The translations under genes and the position numbers were made by a program. From Tubiluchus corallicola (lineage: Eukaryota > Animalia > Priapulida), in assembly GCA_030141605.1 (NCBI GenBank), contig JAQGDQ010000149.1:186001-250000 (forward strand): DNA of 64,000 bases, written 5' to 3'. Each line of letters starts with the position of its first letter. The first letter of the stretch is position 1. Shown one piece after another: positions 1-13,292 of this stretch. Below the pieces are notes generated by a model that saw only the letters and a program-made list of their open reading frames with translations, had not been told where the DNA came from and did no database searches.

Positions 1-210
1 CAGTTTGTTTCAGATTGTCAATAGCTCTGTTTCTTTTGACTAAGTGAAAAAATGCATTTGTGCCTTAAATAAAAATTAAAAAAGGTAGGCAGGCAAAAAA
101 GGATCAGAGGATTAACCTATATAGGGTCGTCAGTTAGGCTTACAAACATTTGATTCACACAAACATATTACATGGTGCAATGATAGTAGTGGCGTTTATT
201 AACTGTGTAA

Positions 211-385
211 TGGCACGTTCAGACTTCTCTCGCAACTTGTTGCGCAATTTCTCTCTGAGAGAAGTTGCCAAGCTGTTCATACGTTGCAGCCAGTTGCAAG
301 AGACGTTGCCAAACCGTTTACACATTGCAACTTTACTCTCGGAGAGAAGTTGCGCAACATCTATACTCTCGGATTTGTAGCGTCT
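211..385. mobile_element. Second, partial copy of the same Harbinger-type MITE
   Basis: TAA|TGGCACGTTC start. Shares CTCTGAGAGAAGTTGCCAAG and GTTGCCAAACCGTT with the reverse complement of 50306-50499. Confidence 0.65.
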
Positions 386-654
386 TTATAACAGTCTAGA
401 AATGAGTCCGACTGAGACATTTTCTTTGCTCAAATATTAATGTTTGACTGATGGTACAGCTGTTTATGCTTGTTTGCGCAAATTCTACTAAAGCTGTTTA
501 ATAATTAATGATATCCGTATCTTATACGTATAAAACATTGATCAGTATTTGATCAGTGAAGGCATAAAGCTTAGAGGCGTTACTTAAAGCAGATTGTAAT
601 GCGTATGTAGTGATGTTAAGTTCTGAAACCAAACTTGAGACAAGAAATGTGAAA

Positions 655-732
655 TGTTGGTATGCAGTCTGGATTTGAACCAGGGACCTTCTGCTTACCT
701 GCAGTCCAAAGTTCATCACTCACAGCTCAGCT
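655..732 (-). mobile_element. tRNA-derived SINE head remnant
   Basis: Minus strand AGGTCCCTGGTTCAAATCCAG (Pol III B box/T-arm) with a decayed A-box region; no intact cloverleaf. Confidence 0.45.
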
Positions 733-1217
733 TTCTAATAAACTTGACACTAAAATTATAACAACTAATTACGCATAAGTAGTTAACTGTCTGTGCACAA
801 CATTTCGATAGGCGATTTCAGCTCAGAAATCTCGTTTAGCAAATAGCATTTTTCTAAATCAAAACATATTCAGTTTTGATTTTTTTTAATTTTAATAAAA
901 TGATAAAAAGGCAAGAAAAAATAAAAGAAATGAAGGAACGAAAAACAGTATTTGAAAAATTTGTCCAAATTTAGACCCCTTTTTCTGATAATCACATTTC
1001 CTTCCTTTTGGTCTTACTTTGTTTTAAAAATTTTGTAATTGAAGATTTATACTCGATCATTAGGTGATATTTAAGGAATTAAAATTACTTTAATATAAGG
1101 ATTATGCCTAAACTAAAATAATAATAAGCACCAATTACTTAACAGTTGTTAGAGATCTGGCATCTTGAAGTGCTGTAAATTATTAGGATTGAATGAAGGC
1201 CTATATCTTGTTCACAA

Positions 1218-1273
1218 GGCGCTGTGTGGTTAAGTGATCACGTCGTAAATCAAAGGTCTTGGTTCAATCCCGA
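1218..1273 (+). mobile_element. tRNA-derived SINE head remnant
   Basis: GGCGCTGTGTGGTTAAG (A box-like)...AAGGTCTTGGTTCAATCCC (B box). Confidence 0.45.
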
Positions 1274-4200
1274 ATTTTTGGCATTTCATAATTTTATAAT
1301 TGTGAACTCATTTCATTATCAGCTTGAAAATTAGCTCTTTTTGTTTGGCTTAGTGTTTATGGCACATGGTTTCTCACGGTCTCGGAGTAATTGCGATTAC
1401 CATCATCATGCTGCATACTGTCATTATATTCCAGCGAACCTTGTTCTTAATCTGCCCATAGCCCTCCCACGATTGTGTGCTCTTTTAGCTTTCAATTTCA
1501 TTTTGACATACATTTTTAGCTGCAGTGATAGCGCTTGGTAACTGCACAGGCAAGTTACGCTCTGATTACTGAAGATTACTGCTACCAGTAAGTGATGTTG
1601 TAATCACCACGGTATACAATACTTTCATTCTTGCCTGCTTTACTCTCCTTGCAACTAGTCCACTGACATACATACATACATACACACCTTGTGCGCAGCA
1701 GAATAATTATGAATGCATCTGTCATTCGCCTGTGGTTACTAAATTCGGCATTAAACTTCTTTAGTACTAATTAACCAGCACAATAGCCACTGTTTCACTA
1801 AATGGTCTTGACATTAACTTTAATTAGCGCTTACTAATGCTAATTAGCGGCACGTCGTGTGAAATAAGCTGCCAACAGCAGTAATTGCTATCATCATTTT
1901 CCCGCTAAAAATTTTATCACTTTAATTAATCCCATTGTTTTTTTTGCAATTTTGTGCAATGAGATACCATAGTAAATTCAAAAGTATATTTGTACTTTCT
2001 AAGCGTTATATCTTAAAAGGTGGTGACTTTTGTCACGTGTGCTCTAATTTACGGTATAAAAACCATGCCAACTTTGTCATTTGTTTATTATTGTCGTTAT
2101 TCTTTTATTTCGCCTCACACATATTATTACACGCCACCTTCAAGCTATCGGGCACTCAAGGGGCTACGTCGTGTTGGAAAAATGATTTGGAATAAGGTTG
2201 GAAACTCCTGTACAAATAAGAATACATGCAGCTATAGTCCACCATTTTATACTGAACGCCCATTTTATTTTTTTTGACTTCTTAGATTTAAAAATAACCT
2301 TATGAAACTTTATAAACCACTGATGATGTATACCATTTCTATAAAAGGTAACAACTTAATACTGCTTACCTGTACCGACTGGGTGATTTATTAACGTATG
2401 ATTTCTTTGGAAGTACAAAAATTAATGAAGATCTCAAGGATACATAAACTGACCTAATGATATCACTTAAAAAAGTATAATCTAAACAGCGGAAAAGTAT
2501 TTTATTGTTTCCAGCACTATACTGAAACGATGAATGCTGAAGGGCGTAATTTAACTGTTGTTGTTTCCAAATGCAATGTTGCGATACTTGTTATAATGAA
2601 GTAAAATTGCGCCTGTTTGTGTATATAGATATATTTTTTAAAAAGTTTCTTATATTTATTAAGAGATCCTTTATTTGCTCTTGAGCTTGTTGCTTTGCAA
2701 ATCACACATGGCACAACAAAATAATGCAGTCAGAAACACATACACGTAAATGCTGTTTTGAAAAATTTATATCTGACATTTTATTTTTAAATAGTTTTTA
2801 ACACTTTTTAGAATATTTTATTTATGCATCTCATTAGTTTGCAGTTTAAAAAATACTGCTTCAATACATATTCTACGCAAATTCATTGCAACACTATGCT
2901 TGTAGTAACAAACCTCAATGCAAGCATACAAAATCATCTTGTCTTACTTAGCTAGGACTATCGAAAACGGCAGAATTATTTATACATATAACATGAATGA
3001 GGTAACTTTCAACAAATATCAGCTAATGTAGGTACTTCCCTAATACAGTATATCCCTATGGTTTTTGACAGTCTTACAAGAAAAGATATCAAGGAGGATC
3101 ATGTCTAGTAATCTGTTCTAATAAATCAGTAATTAGAACATTAACAATAATGGTCGATTTGCATTCAATAAGGCACTTGAAGGCATTACATAGAAGTGTT
3201 ACAGCGTATTTGTGTTAATACAAAACTGAGAATTAACGTCACAATTGCAAAAATTGGGTTGTCAATCAATATAGGAAATACTAATTAGGCCTACGATAAT
3301 TAAAAGTATTATAACTCGCACAAATTACAATGTACTCAATGCGCCCGTGATGACTATTGCTTGTTAACTTATTAAATTTAGACATTGTGGTGAACGCAAG
3401 TCAGATGTATAAGTTTAAAAATTGTTTGGAATATGAAAATTTTAACGATTAGGAAAAACAGAATATGAATTCACATTGTACATTGTACGCTAAATGAGAA
3501 TTTTGTGTTGACTGTAAGTTATCAGATGGAAACAAAGTGATTCAGAAAACTGCTGCAACTCTGAGTGTTATAATATAAAAATAAATTAATAATTTATGAC
3601 TTCGCTTTTTAGAAATATCGTTATTGCGTTTATAGAATGGTGAAAGCAAGAATCATAGAAACTCAAAATATAACATACACATTTTCATTACTCTGTGAAC
3701 AATTTTTAGTATGTACAGGCTAATTGTTTAGTAACTGGCTGTTATAACATTAGAAGTCCATATGCGTTATAAAATATACTTAAGATTCGCTATGAAGGAC
3801 ATGCCTACGTTACAATTGAAACCGTATAATTACGAATTTGGTTTTAAAACACTACTGAAACAGTTTTTTACTTGACCTAACAAGTCAACATTTGTTTGAA
3901 ATGTGATTTTAAAGATCAAATGAAAGTGTCTTTTTAAAGTAGCCTACTTAAAACAAAAAATGAAAGCAAATACAGGGAAACTACAGCGTAAAAAGCAGTT
4001 TTTAACACGATAAAGTTCTATCAGCATTAAGACGCATTTCATGTTAATTTCATCAAAATTTCAACAATGTGTGTTAGTTGCTGACTAGATTACAATATAT
4101 TACAAACCTACAAAGCATTTAAGCATATTTATATTTAATGACTATGTCTAATAATGTAATGTTATAGATGTAAGGTATTTGTTTCTAACAAAAATTGAAA

Positions 4201-7200
4201 ATGAAAACAACATTTTCTACAATAATAATTATCATAGGCCAACGCAAGAGAATAACTTCATGACAGTCATATTATTACATACCTCCACAGATTTTGAATA
4301 AGACAGACAAAATACCCAATAAAGTTAGCAAATGAAACAAAACCTTAGTTTTCTACATTATTCTAGCGTATAACCTAGGCTAATGTTCTTAACTTTTCAG
4401 TAGGGCGTAACTGCAATTATACTAATTTCTCTAGTCTATATTGAGAATATCAAAATACATAAAAATATGAACTAATTTTACAGCAGATGTTATATGGCCT
4501 ATAATCTTACAGTTTTAAAGACATTTTTGTGAATTATTACAGACTTTTTTTGTGTCGAGAAATACTAAGCTATAAAGACGTGGTTTATAATCATGGTATT
4601 AAATATTAAACGAAATACTAACAAAGTTAAGATGACCAATAACAATATTATTCTATCATTTAAACACAAATTGTCATATTACAAAAGTACGCCCGTTTTA
4701 CAAGTGACCTTGATTTTTTTCTTAAGGTAGCTTAGTACTCATGTAATTAGGAATTAATATAACCCACTTCGATCAAGTTAGACAAAACTAAAGTTATTGT
4801 TAACATACATATTTATTGCAGAACAGGTTGTGCATGAATTTATAATAACAAATTTTGAGAGATGCTACGCATTTGCCTCGCGGCAGAGAAGTCAAAACAT
4901 TAAGATGAAAATCAAATTATCTAAATGGTGCTAAGCATTATTTAAATATAATGTAAAACTGAAAATAAAAAATTGCAAAAGGATTAGACCAGAAAATAAT
5001 GATCAGAAGCCGGGCCCAGCACATTTCACTTTCCAGTAAGTTGTACGTTAATTATAAAAAATGAATCACCTGCTTGTTAATTAGGAAAACAGCTCTAATG
5101 TGTTATATTATACTGTTACACAGTTTTTGTGAAAAAGGAACATTTTTCCTAGGCAAACTTTATAATACTCAGCTGCAAATGAAAAGTGTTAGGTTGAAAG
5201 TAAAAAGTTCCGCTTCTTTTACAATCCAATATTTTGCGCAGAATATTAGAGAAAATTTCGCTCATACTACCCTATAAGATTCAAAACAGACATAAACCGA
5301 TAGACGTTTATTGGTTGCAACAAAAATGTAATCGTTAAGAGATAAGTACTGGAACTTGACAAATGTCATTGAGTAACAAACTATGACGTACGAGATGCGA
5401 TAAAAATCTGATCTAAAGGCGAGATGGACATAAGGCGAATATCAGTAATTTTTATAGCCTTTAGCACTACTTTAACACCGCGTCGCAAGATCCTATGTAA
5501 TAAGGTTTAACAGTTCTTTCAGTGCAATTGTGTTAATAGCGGCATTAAAACGTTTCACAAGAAAGCAAAGAAAGACTGACCCAGTGACAGGCATTGAATA
5601 AAGAATATCTAGACAACAGGTTTATCAGCCAGACAAGGGAATTTCATTAGCGAAAAGTAGAACACAATGAACCGCTGTAGCAGAAAATGCAGTAATGATG
5701 ACGGTACCATTTTACCAAGCGACAGCCACAAGTTTAGAATCAAAACGGCTGGCGGCCAGATTCAATCAGAGCCATAATAATCTTAAAAATTAACGTAAAT
5801 AGGTTGTAAAGCGTTATTCAAAATTTCTTTGCCTTGTTGTCAACTGAACCTAAATACCATAATGTTTTAAACTCTAGCCAGGAACATCTACTGTGTCATG
5901 AAACTGAGTAACCCAAACTGCCCGACATGTCTAAAGAAGGTTTATTACTTTCTTGTCAATGAATAGACATTCCAGATTGATATACACCTTTTAGTTTTTT
6001 CACGACTTAACAACCAGCAAATCACATTTCTCAGCTGAATTAAATGTAGTTAAATGAATGACTGAAAAATCGCTCAAATACAAATTTTACACAATCTGCT
6101 TTTTGAATTCGAAACGTGTATTAAACGCAGTGTTAAAGATGATATACGGCATGAAGCATATTGTAACTAACAGCACAAACGGACTAGATTTTCTGGCGCT
6201 TTAGCCGAATCAGTCAAAACCGGTTAAGGCGAAGAAGAGATGAAATCGTGTTCCAGTATAGGCGATATTTTACTCACACTTAAAGTTATAACAATATCGA
6301 ATCATTGGAATAAAAAACCAACGTCAGCACATAGACTCGACATATAATGATACCTCTTTACAGTCATACGTTTTAGCATGCAAGAACAACCACAAGCTAG
6401 CTAAAGGCATAGATAAACTACAAGAAGTATTTATAAAGAAGCATTCTAGCGCAGGCAGTTTTACAGTTCTTTACTAAAGCTGCAAATTTGATTTAAGTGA
6501 TTTTTAATCTAGCCACGAATAATGTTGGACGTGAACTTTCAAACGTTGTGGAAAGAACAATTTAAAGAAAGAGATGTGACGTCACAACTTCTAATCAATC
6601 GAGTAACACTCACAGTTAATCCTGCAAGCTGTAGAGCGTTGCGTACACTTATTATCGATCGAAAGTGATTCAAGCTGTTACGTGACTTTCAGCAATCTAC
6701 CTGAACACATACGGGGATTGAAGCCATATCAGCTGCTTTGCGCCATGCCGAATTAAAGATTCTTTCGAAACGCTTCAGCAGTTCGGCTCTTATTGAACAA
6801 ATAAGCATTCGCCTTGCCCTACGTCTCAGTTTTCCATAATCTAAAATCAATGGTGACCGAACAGAAAACTGGACGTTTATTCATACGTGATACCCGTCCT
6901 GCATAACCCTCGTATATGTTAGGACAACCTCACAATGATTACTTACAAATAACCTGCACCGCGAAAATCTGCAGACAATTGTAATATTCGTGTAATGGTT
7001 ATTTATCAATATCGATATATAACAATTTGAATGTCATTTATATTAAACGGGTACGTGACAGAAGCATAGTTATGAGCAGGAGCGGCCTACATGCATGTTA
7101 TAGCATTCAAAACAGTTTGTTACTTGCATTCTACTTGGATTAAGGTTAATCATGGCTTAAATCTAATGAGTAAAATGGTGGTATAACGAGACGCCAAAAA

Positions 7201-8153
7201 GCTTATCCATGTATATGTATTAAGAACACTGCAATGGGAGATCACCTATTACTAGTCAGACACGCCATCCAAATCATTACAAGCTTTTCATCAGTGTCAC
7301 TCTTTCCACCCTGTTAAAAGTACATAAGAACAACGGAGCAAGTTAAAAGGTTATGTTTCATTTGACAGCCCAGTTAAAAATGCTCGCCAGAGTGATCCCA
7401 AAAGCGGCATCCAACACCAGCAGTACCGACGCATAGAGACCAGGAAATGTGACGGGGATGTAATTATAAAGCTACTTACAAACTTCATTGCAAAGTGCAA
7501 ACACCTTTCTTTCCTTTAATTTAATCAAACTCAAAAATTCTTCCGAAATATTATGAACTTTGATACACGCACGTCGCGACCGTGCACAAGCAAAAGGGAA
7601 ATCTAAGAATATGTAAAAATTGTTTGCTGTGATTGTGTTCTCTTAACGTATGTGCCTTTCAGTATAGCAAATTTGGCAAATCATGAGAACTGAATAGCCT
7701 GACGTACTTCAGACACTGTGTTTGTTGTTGATTAGAAACACGAAAGTTACTAGCATAGCAATAATTTTCTGCTGAGGTACGTTAGTTACACAAGTCAAAC
7801 TGTGTTAGATTAAGTAAGTAAACAAAGACACGAGACCTCGGTAAGTTGAATAAATGAAAATAAAACAATGGTTCAGTTTGTTAGCAGGCCATTTCATTTC
7901 TTTCTATTTGGTTACATAGACTTCAAAGAAGCGGTCACACCACTGGTACCGCCATCTAGCAAAATTATAAATGAAAGCTAACTAAAATACCCGAGGCAAA
8001 TCATCATATGAACAAACAGCTTATATATTCCAGAAAAAGAAGTCTGATGTCTGGCTGAAGTTTTGAAATAAACAGTTTTGTCTTTATTTCACATGCAGCA
8101 AAAAACTTTGCATTTGTTTTTTTTCACGAAAAAGTAAACCACAGACATGTTAA

Positions 8154-8769
8154 AGCAAAACTGGTCCCAATCTTAAGCTGTAGGTCAAAACAATCTACTC
8201 TTTAAAATATGGAAAGGAGACATACATTTTTTTCAAAATTGACTTACGTGAAAGAATTATTACCACACAAACACAATTTCGCGTTCGCGCCACTAGTTCT
8301 TCGCTGTGACATGCATGTCGCCATTCGCTAGTTAGACGGGCGCTAGCGCCTGTTTTTCAGAAACGCGTTGCAGAAAAAACAGGTGCTGTACCTCTCAGTT
8401 CAGATGTGTTAGTTTGTGACGAACTAGACACGTTCTACAGCTGCGAGCGCACAGCGTAACGGTAAATTTGAAATTTGAATCTTTATCTTAAAACTTGCCT
8501 AGTTTTAGTACAACACACTGAATCTCTTACAGTACCACTGTACTTCAATTTTTGCTTTCACAAACACCGGCGACGCGCTCATGGAATATTTTTGCTGTTG
8601 AAAATTATGTTAGTTTGTGATGTCATAAATAGTTGGGCTCTCCCGCCGTTAATTAAGTTTTTAATCTATAACTTATCAGAAACGCTTTTGCAGTATTAAT
8701 TGTGTTAAAATGAATATTTTTATTGGATTTGAAAATCAGGCAGTATACGAAAAATCATCCCGTCCTCGT
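8154..8769. mobile_element. ~615 bp non-autonomous DNA transposon (Kolobok-like MITE), copy 1
   Basis: Collinear with 14376-14973 along its length (e.g. CTGTAGGTCAAAACAATCTACT, AAAAAACAGGTGCTGTACCTCTCA, GAATCTCTTACAGTA). TTAA on both flanks; imperfect short TIRs. Confidence 0.8.
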
Positions 8770-11555
8770 TTAACTAAAGAAAGTCGTCGTCTGATTGCCA
8801 TCAGTGTGTGAGATCAAGGCTTCCATTTTATTTAAAAGCACTTAAGCTGTTAAATACACGTTAACGAAAAGTAGAGGTATATGCAAGAGCAAACATTTTT
8901 ATGTGTATAATCAGGATGGTCGTCATTGTGCTTTACTCGCACACACCGAGACTATGTGAACGTAATCATTGGAGATAAGTAACGACCAAGGTCCAGCTGA
9001 GTCAAGGAGCTGTTAAAGGCAATCGCCAAGTCAATGACTTTTTCTGGGTATACGCTGAAAACGCTTCGCTTGCATCAGCAAGTCAGGGAGCTGGTTAAAC
9101 ATAAATACATCCAACCACAACACGAACTAGTCTGTTACAAGGCAGGCGCAGTATTTTTGGCGAAGCCCTAATGCATACAGACCTAGCCTCCGTTTCAATG
9201 AAAAATATTTCAAATATTGCTGCCAGCATTCTGTAGCGCAACAAGAAAACAGCAATTTAAAGCTTTAAGAGAGCAACTAATTATAACCATGTTGTTTAAG
9301 CAAGTAGGAAGTGTTCAACACGAGAACCCGATTTACTAGCTAGCACACCCTAACTTGACGATATATATCAAATAACCAACGTTTACAAAGGAGAATACAG
9401 ATTAGATTTCCATAAACTTGAAGTGAGTGTGTTGCTAACTGCATTATATTAGGAAATGCCAGTAATAATAAGGGTTTATGGATAGCCAATAATCATTACG
9501 GTCACGTAACCTGATACTCTCATTTTTTAAACGACAAATCTCCCCCATGAAAAAAGTTTCTATTCGTCCTGTTTACAAGCTCGCCAGCTGATGCATAGAG
9601 CAGCGTGTATAGCGCCAACTGCACAGTAGCACTTTGACACACTTATTAGTGCAATAATTATTTGCATGGTCTAGTAACTTCATTAAAGTTTTGTTGATCC
9701 ATGAACAAGTCTGCTGGAGGCTGCACTAGACAATGTGCCATCATGTACCACGACTCAAAGCCAGTTTACTAGTAAATAACAGTTTTAAAAAGTGCGACCT
9801 GTAATTAAGCATCATTATGAATATTGTTGCAGTTTCTTCTTGTTATAACGCAAAAGAGTATAGTTCACGCCTTCACGTACATTTAAGCACCTTATATGTA
9901 CATTGTGCACTGAAGGCTAGTTAATGTGCACAAAATGAAAATTTTACACAACTCGAAAATGGTCGATAACATAATTTAGTAACGTTCACAAGCTGTATAT
10001 TGTCAGCTCCTTCAGTTCTTAACTAAAAGTTTACACCGAACTATTAACTTATAATTAGCACATCACAAGAAGATTAGTAAACATTTTGGGCTACTTGCTT
10101 GCGAGGTAGTGATGTTGGTTTCGTTCTCGTTGTTCGCCTAATACGTTTTTGCCAGTTTTTAATTTTGTGACGTTACGACAGTGTTACTCCGTAATCTATA
10201 TTTTTACGAAAAAAATGGATTTATGACAGCGGTAAATGTATTAAAAAAGATATATCCAGGCAATTGGACAGAAAAAAAACTCAATAAGCTATCAAACTAA
10301 TGTTTTGTATTCCAGGACCAGTTAACGTACAATTAGCTATTATACAGGCGTATTGTTTTATATAGGCTCAGAAAATGTACTGTTTAAATGTTTCCTAAAA
10401 ATTGTAAGGTAGCGGTTTAATTATTACTTATTAATTTAGCCATTATAATTTTAGGCATTAGAATAAGCAGAACATATTTTTTAACCTATGTAGGACCTAT
10501 GTAGATGCAATTGCAGCTGCCTGTGGTTTTAAAAGAGCAGGGATTAGTAAAAAAATACGTTGATGCATGTGCTGAGCCCACTCGTAGCAGTCTACGTGTG
10601 ATACGCGCGTGTTAAAAGACGGAAATCCCAGGGATTATGTTAGAAGGAAAGCATAAATTCATGTGCACACTTCACCAAATCATTCACGTAATCAAATATT
10701 TATAAATTTATCGTAAGTTAACTTGTAGTTTCGTTACAGCATTATACATGGGTGATTAACTGCAGCACATTTAACCGAAAGATGTCTTTGATATGTTTCA
10801 AATCTTAACCGTACACCGTTTAACACTCATGAAAAATAATATCTAATATGTGATACGAAAAATAGGTCTATTACATTTGAGTATAACAAAGATTCTTTCA
10901 GAATAATTTTCACAAAATCTTTTTTTGTACTTTTAAAATCCTTTATATGAAACACATTGGTAGGTCGGGCTAAGAAGTCATTGAATATCAGCATCTTAAT
11001 GCATGGGGTAAAAATAATTACGTTAACATCATTATTTCACTGATTCAGCGTCCGACGGCATAGTTTACTTTTTTTTACAATATAAACATTTTAAGCACAA
11101 CGGAACAACAAATTCACTAGTCTACATTAATTATCACAAACAAAACACGAGTGAAGCTGGCTTCTTTGAGAGTATTTCATGCTATATATTACCTGAAGAC
11201 ATTGCAGGATTCTAGTTTTCTCCCTCTCTGCTAAGAATCATTAGCAGCTGTCCTGTTTACACAAGTGATGTTCTAAAAATAGTGGATAGTCTTGCGAGGA
11301 GTCAGTAGCATACTTAATTTACTCTACTGCCAAGTGACCTACTGCCAATTCCAAAATATTTCCATCATTACATTAATACACCGGATGAGTCACCATAATA
11401 GTTATAAACAACACACCACCTTTCCGTTGAGGAATGTCCAAGTTTGTCTAATCAACAAATTTTGCAAGCCCATCTACCACTGCATCACCAATCGATTCTC
11501 TTCAAATAAACATTGTATCACAAATTAAGAAAAAGCCTGAGCAGCAAAGCTGTGT

Positions 11556-13133
11556 TTAGTTACCATTGTAAACGGTCAAATTCATATTCGTCACATCACA
11601 AAATTGTTGTATTTGTTGTGGTTGTTGTTGCAACTGCTGCCATTGGCCGTTCATTTGTTGCCATTGGTTTTGACAAGTTTGTACTACAGGTTGCTGTGAC
11701 CACTGGCACAAGGTCTGTTGTTGGTTTGTTTGTGCCTGGCCAATCTGGTAGTAATAAAATGTCTGATAGCCATTATTCAAAGCAACAATTGGTGGTGGAG
11801 TAACAGGATTAAATCCATTGGCATGGACTGGTGCAGGAGTGGAAAAAGGGTTATTTTGGACAGACGTTGGCGATGGTGACATTACTGGAGATGGTGGAAA
11901 TGAAGATGATGGAGTTGTTAGAGGAGAAGGTGTTAGTGACGATGATGGTGTTAACAATGGCGATGACGTTAACGACGATGATGGCGTCACAGACATGGGT
12001 GATGTGCAAGTTGATAAACATGGATTTAGCATACTTGAATCGACATGACCGACATTTCGTTGTGTACAACGAAGCGCCTGTTCTTGCATCTGAAGGTGAA
12101 TATCATAAGCAAGCTGTTCTATAAGTTGCAGGATCTGCCGCCGCTCATGGTTCATAAGGCAAACTGTACTAGAATTTACTACCCTATGCAAGATCATGTA
12201 ATAGGCGTACTGAGCTTGATCCTCATTAGTGAAGTGCATTGTTGCGTAGGATTCTAATTTTTGTTTTTGAGCGGTAACATCAGGAAAATCTATGAAGAAG
12301 CGCGAGCACATATATCTTTCCAAAGACTTCATCTCTTCAGGATTCGAAGGTGCATACCCCCTCGCGAGCAGTGTACAATACTTCAGCAGGCCTCCTCCTC
12401 TTATCTCTTCCGGATTTCTCGTAGCTATCAACTTGCACTGCAAATGGTACAGAGCCTGTACGTAATCTCCAAAAATACTCTCCGCGACAACGGTTGGGTA
12501 GAAATTCTCTGACATTGATACTTCTGCAAAGTCATAGAATAAGAGCAGCGAGTCTAGCACAATCTGGAACGAATCAACACTGAACTCGAACTGCCTCTTC
12601 ATTCGATTGACGAATTTCAGTTCCACATTCTTACCTTTATTGTTGTTCAGCGATATTAATGACCACATGTCACCATTGTCTTTGGAACTGGAGTTCGGCA
12701 ATACTTTCACCAGTTTTTTCACATAGGCTTCTTTCAGCATGCAGCTGCTCATTCGATCTTTGCTCACTCCGTCAGGAAGCCACTGCAGCAGGCAATCCAA
12801 CACGCCTGCCTTAATTTTTTCCAGGTCTTTTGCATTAGACAGTTCAACGCCAAAAATCAGATCCAAGTCTGTATAAGTTTGATGATTTTCTGCAGCGACA
12901 ACATAACTAGCTGCTCCTCCGTTTAATCGAATATCTCGAATATGAATACCGTCTTGTTTTAATTTTTCCCGGACAGCATTGGTTAGCTCTCTCAGCTGTA
13001 TTTGCAATGTTGGGAAATTTCCACGTCCATGTATAGGTACTACATCTTCTAGCACACGATTTAATCTCTGAACTTCTTCAAATGTTAGTACTTGAAATCG
13101 ACTGACGGGATCACTTATTGTCTCCGTCTTCAT
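11556..13133 (-). CDS. TENT5: Terminal nucleotidyltransferase 5 (FAM46-family non-canonical poly(A) polymerase), 525 aa, uninterrupted CDS
   Basis: FAM46 hallmark motifs: PIHGRGNFPTL, RLNGGAASYV (hG[GS]), YTDLDLIF (DxD), WSLISL, NVELKFV (third catalytic acid), RQFEFSVDSFQI, PEEIRGGGLLKY, LERYMCSRFFIDF, STVCLMNHERRQ. Followed by a low-complexity S/T/P- and Q-rich tail. Confidence 0.97.
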   Translation of the reverse strand: MKTETISDPVSRFQVLTFEEVQRLNRVLEDVVPIHGRGNFPTLQIQLRELTNAVREKLKQDGIHIRDIRLNGGAASYVVAAENHQTYTDLDLIFGVELSNAKDLEKIKAGVLDCLLQWLPDGVSKDRMSSCMLKEAYVKKLVKVLPNSSSKDNGDMWSLISLNNNKGKNVELKFVNRMKRQFEFSVDSFQIVLDSLLLFYDFAEVSMSENFYPTVVAESIFGDYVQALYHLQCKLIATRNPEEIRGGGLLKYCTLLARGYAPSNPEEMKSLERYMCSRFFIDFPDVTAQKQKLESYATMHFTNEDQAQYAYYMILHRVVNSSTVCLMNHERRQILQLIEQLAYDIHLQMQEQALRCTQRNVGHVDSSMLNPCLSTCTSPMSVTPSSSLTSSPLLTPSSSLTPSPLTTPSSSFPPSPVMSPSPTSVQNNPFSTPAPVHANGFNPVTPPPIVALNNGYQTFYYYQIGQAQTNQQQTLCQWSQQPVVQTCQNQWQQMNGQWQQLQQQPQQIQQFCDVTNMNLTVYNGN

Positions 13134-13158
13134 CGCTATAGAATAGTAGCAAGCACAA

Positions 13159-13218
13159 CTACAAAGGCAGAAAAAAGTCTAATTAGTGGAGCATAGCAGG
13201 CTGCGTCTACTAACTTAC
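13159..13218 (-). other. Predicted 60-nt spliceosomal intron in the TENT5 5' leader
   Basis: Minus strand reads GTAAGT...CACTAAT (branch-like)...TTTTTTCTGCCTTTGTAG and ends 25 nt upstream of the TENT5 ATG. Confidence 0.6.
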
Positions 13219-13254
13219 GATTGCTCTAACCATCTGCACCGAGCACATCACGAA

Positions 13255-13292
13255 CACTGCGGCTAGCTGCGTTGCGCATACGACCTATTTAG
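13255..13292 (-). promoter_or_regulatory. Candidate TENT5 core promoter (TATA-like CTAAATAG plus Inr-like GCAGTG)
   Basis: TATA-like element about 30-33 nt upstream of an Inr-like CAGT, just upstream of the predicted mini-intron donor. Confidence 0.3.

Noticed and set aside
11292-12512. Several plus-strand ORFs overlapping TENT5 (e.g. Asp/Gly/Val-rich 11818-12048)
   Set aside because: Antisense shadows of the S/T/P- and Q-rich coding sequence, with no independent homology.
11556-13133. TENT5 as a processed retrogene
   Set aside because: Uninterrupted coding regions are known in this family (e.g. vertebrate TENT5C), there is a probable leader intron, and no poly(A) remnant or TSD is visible.
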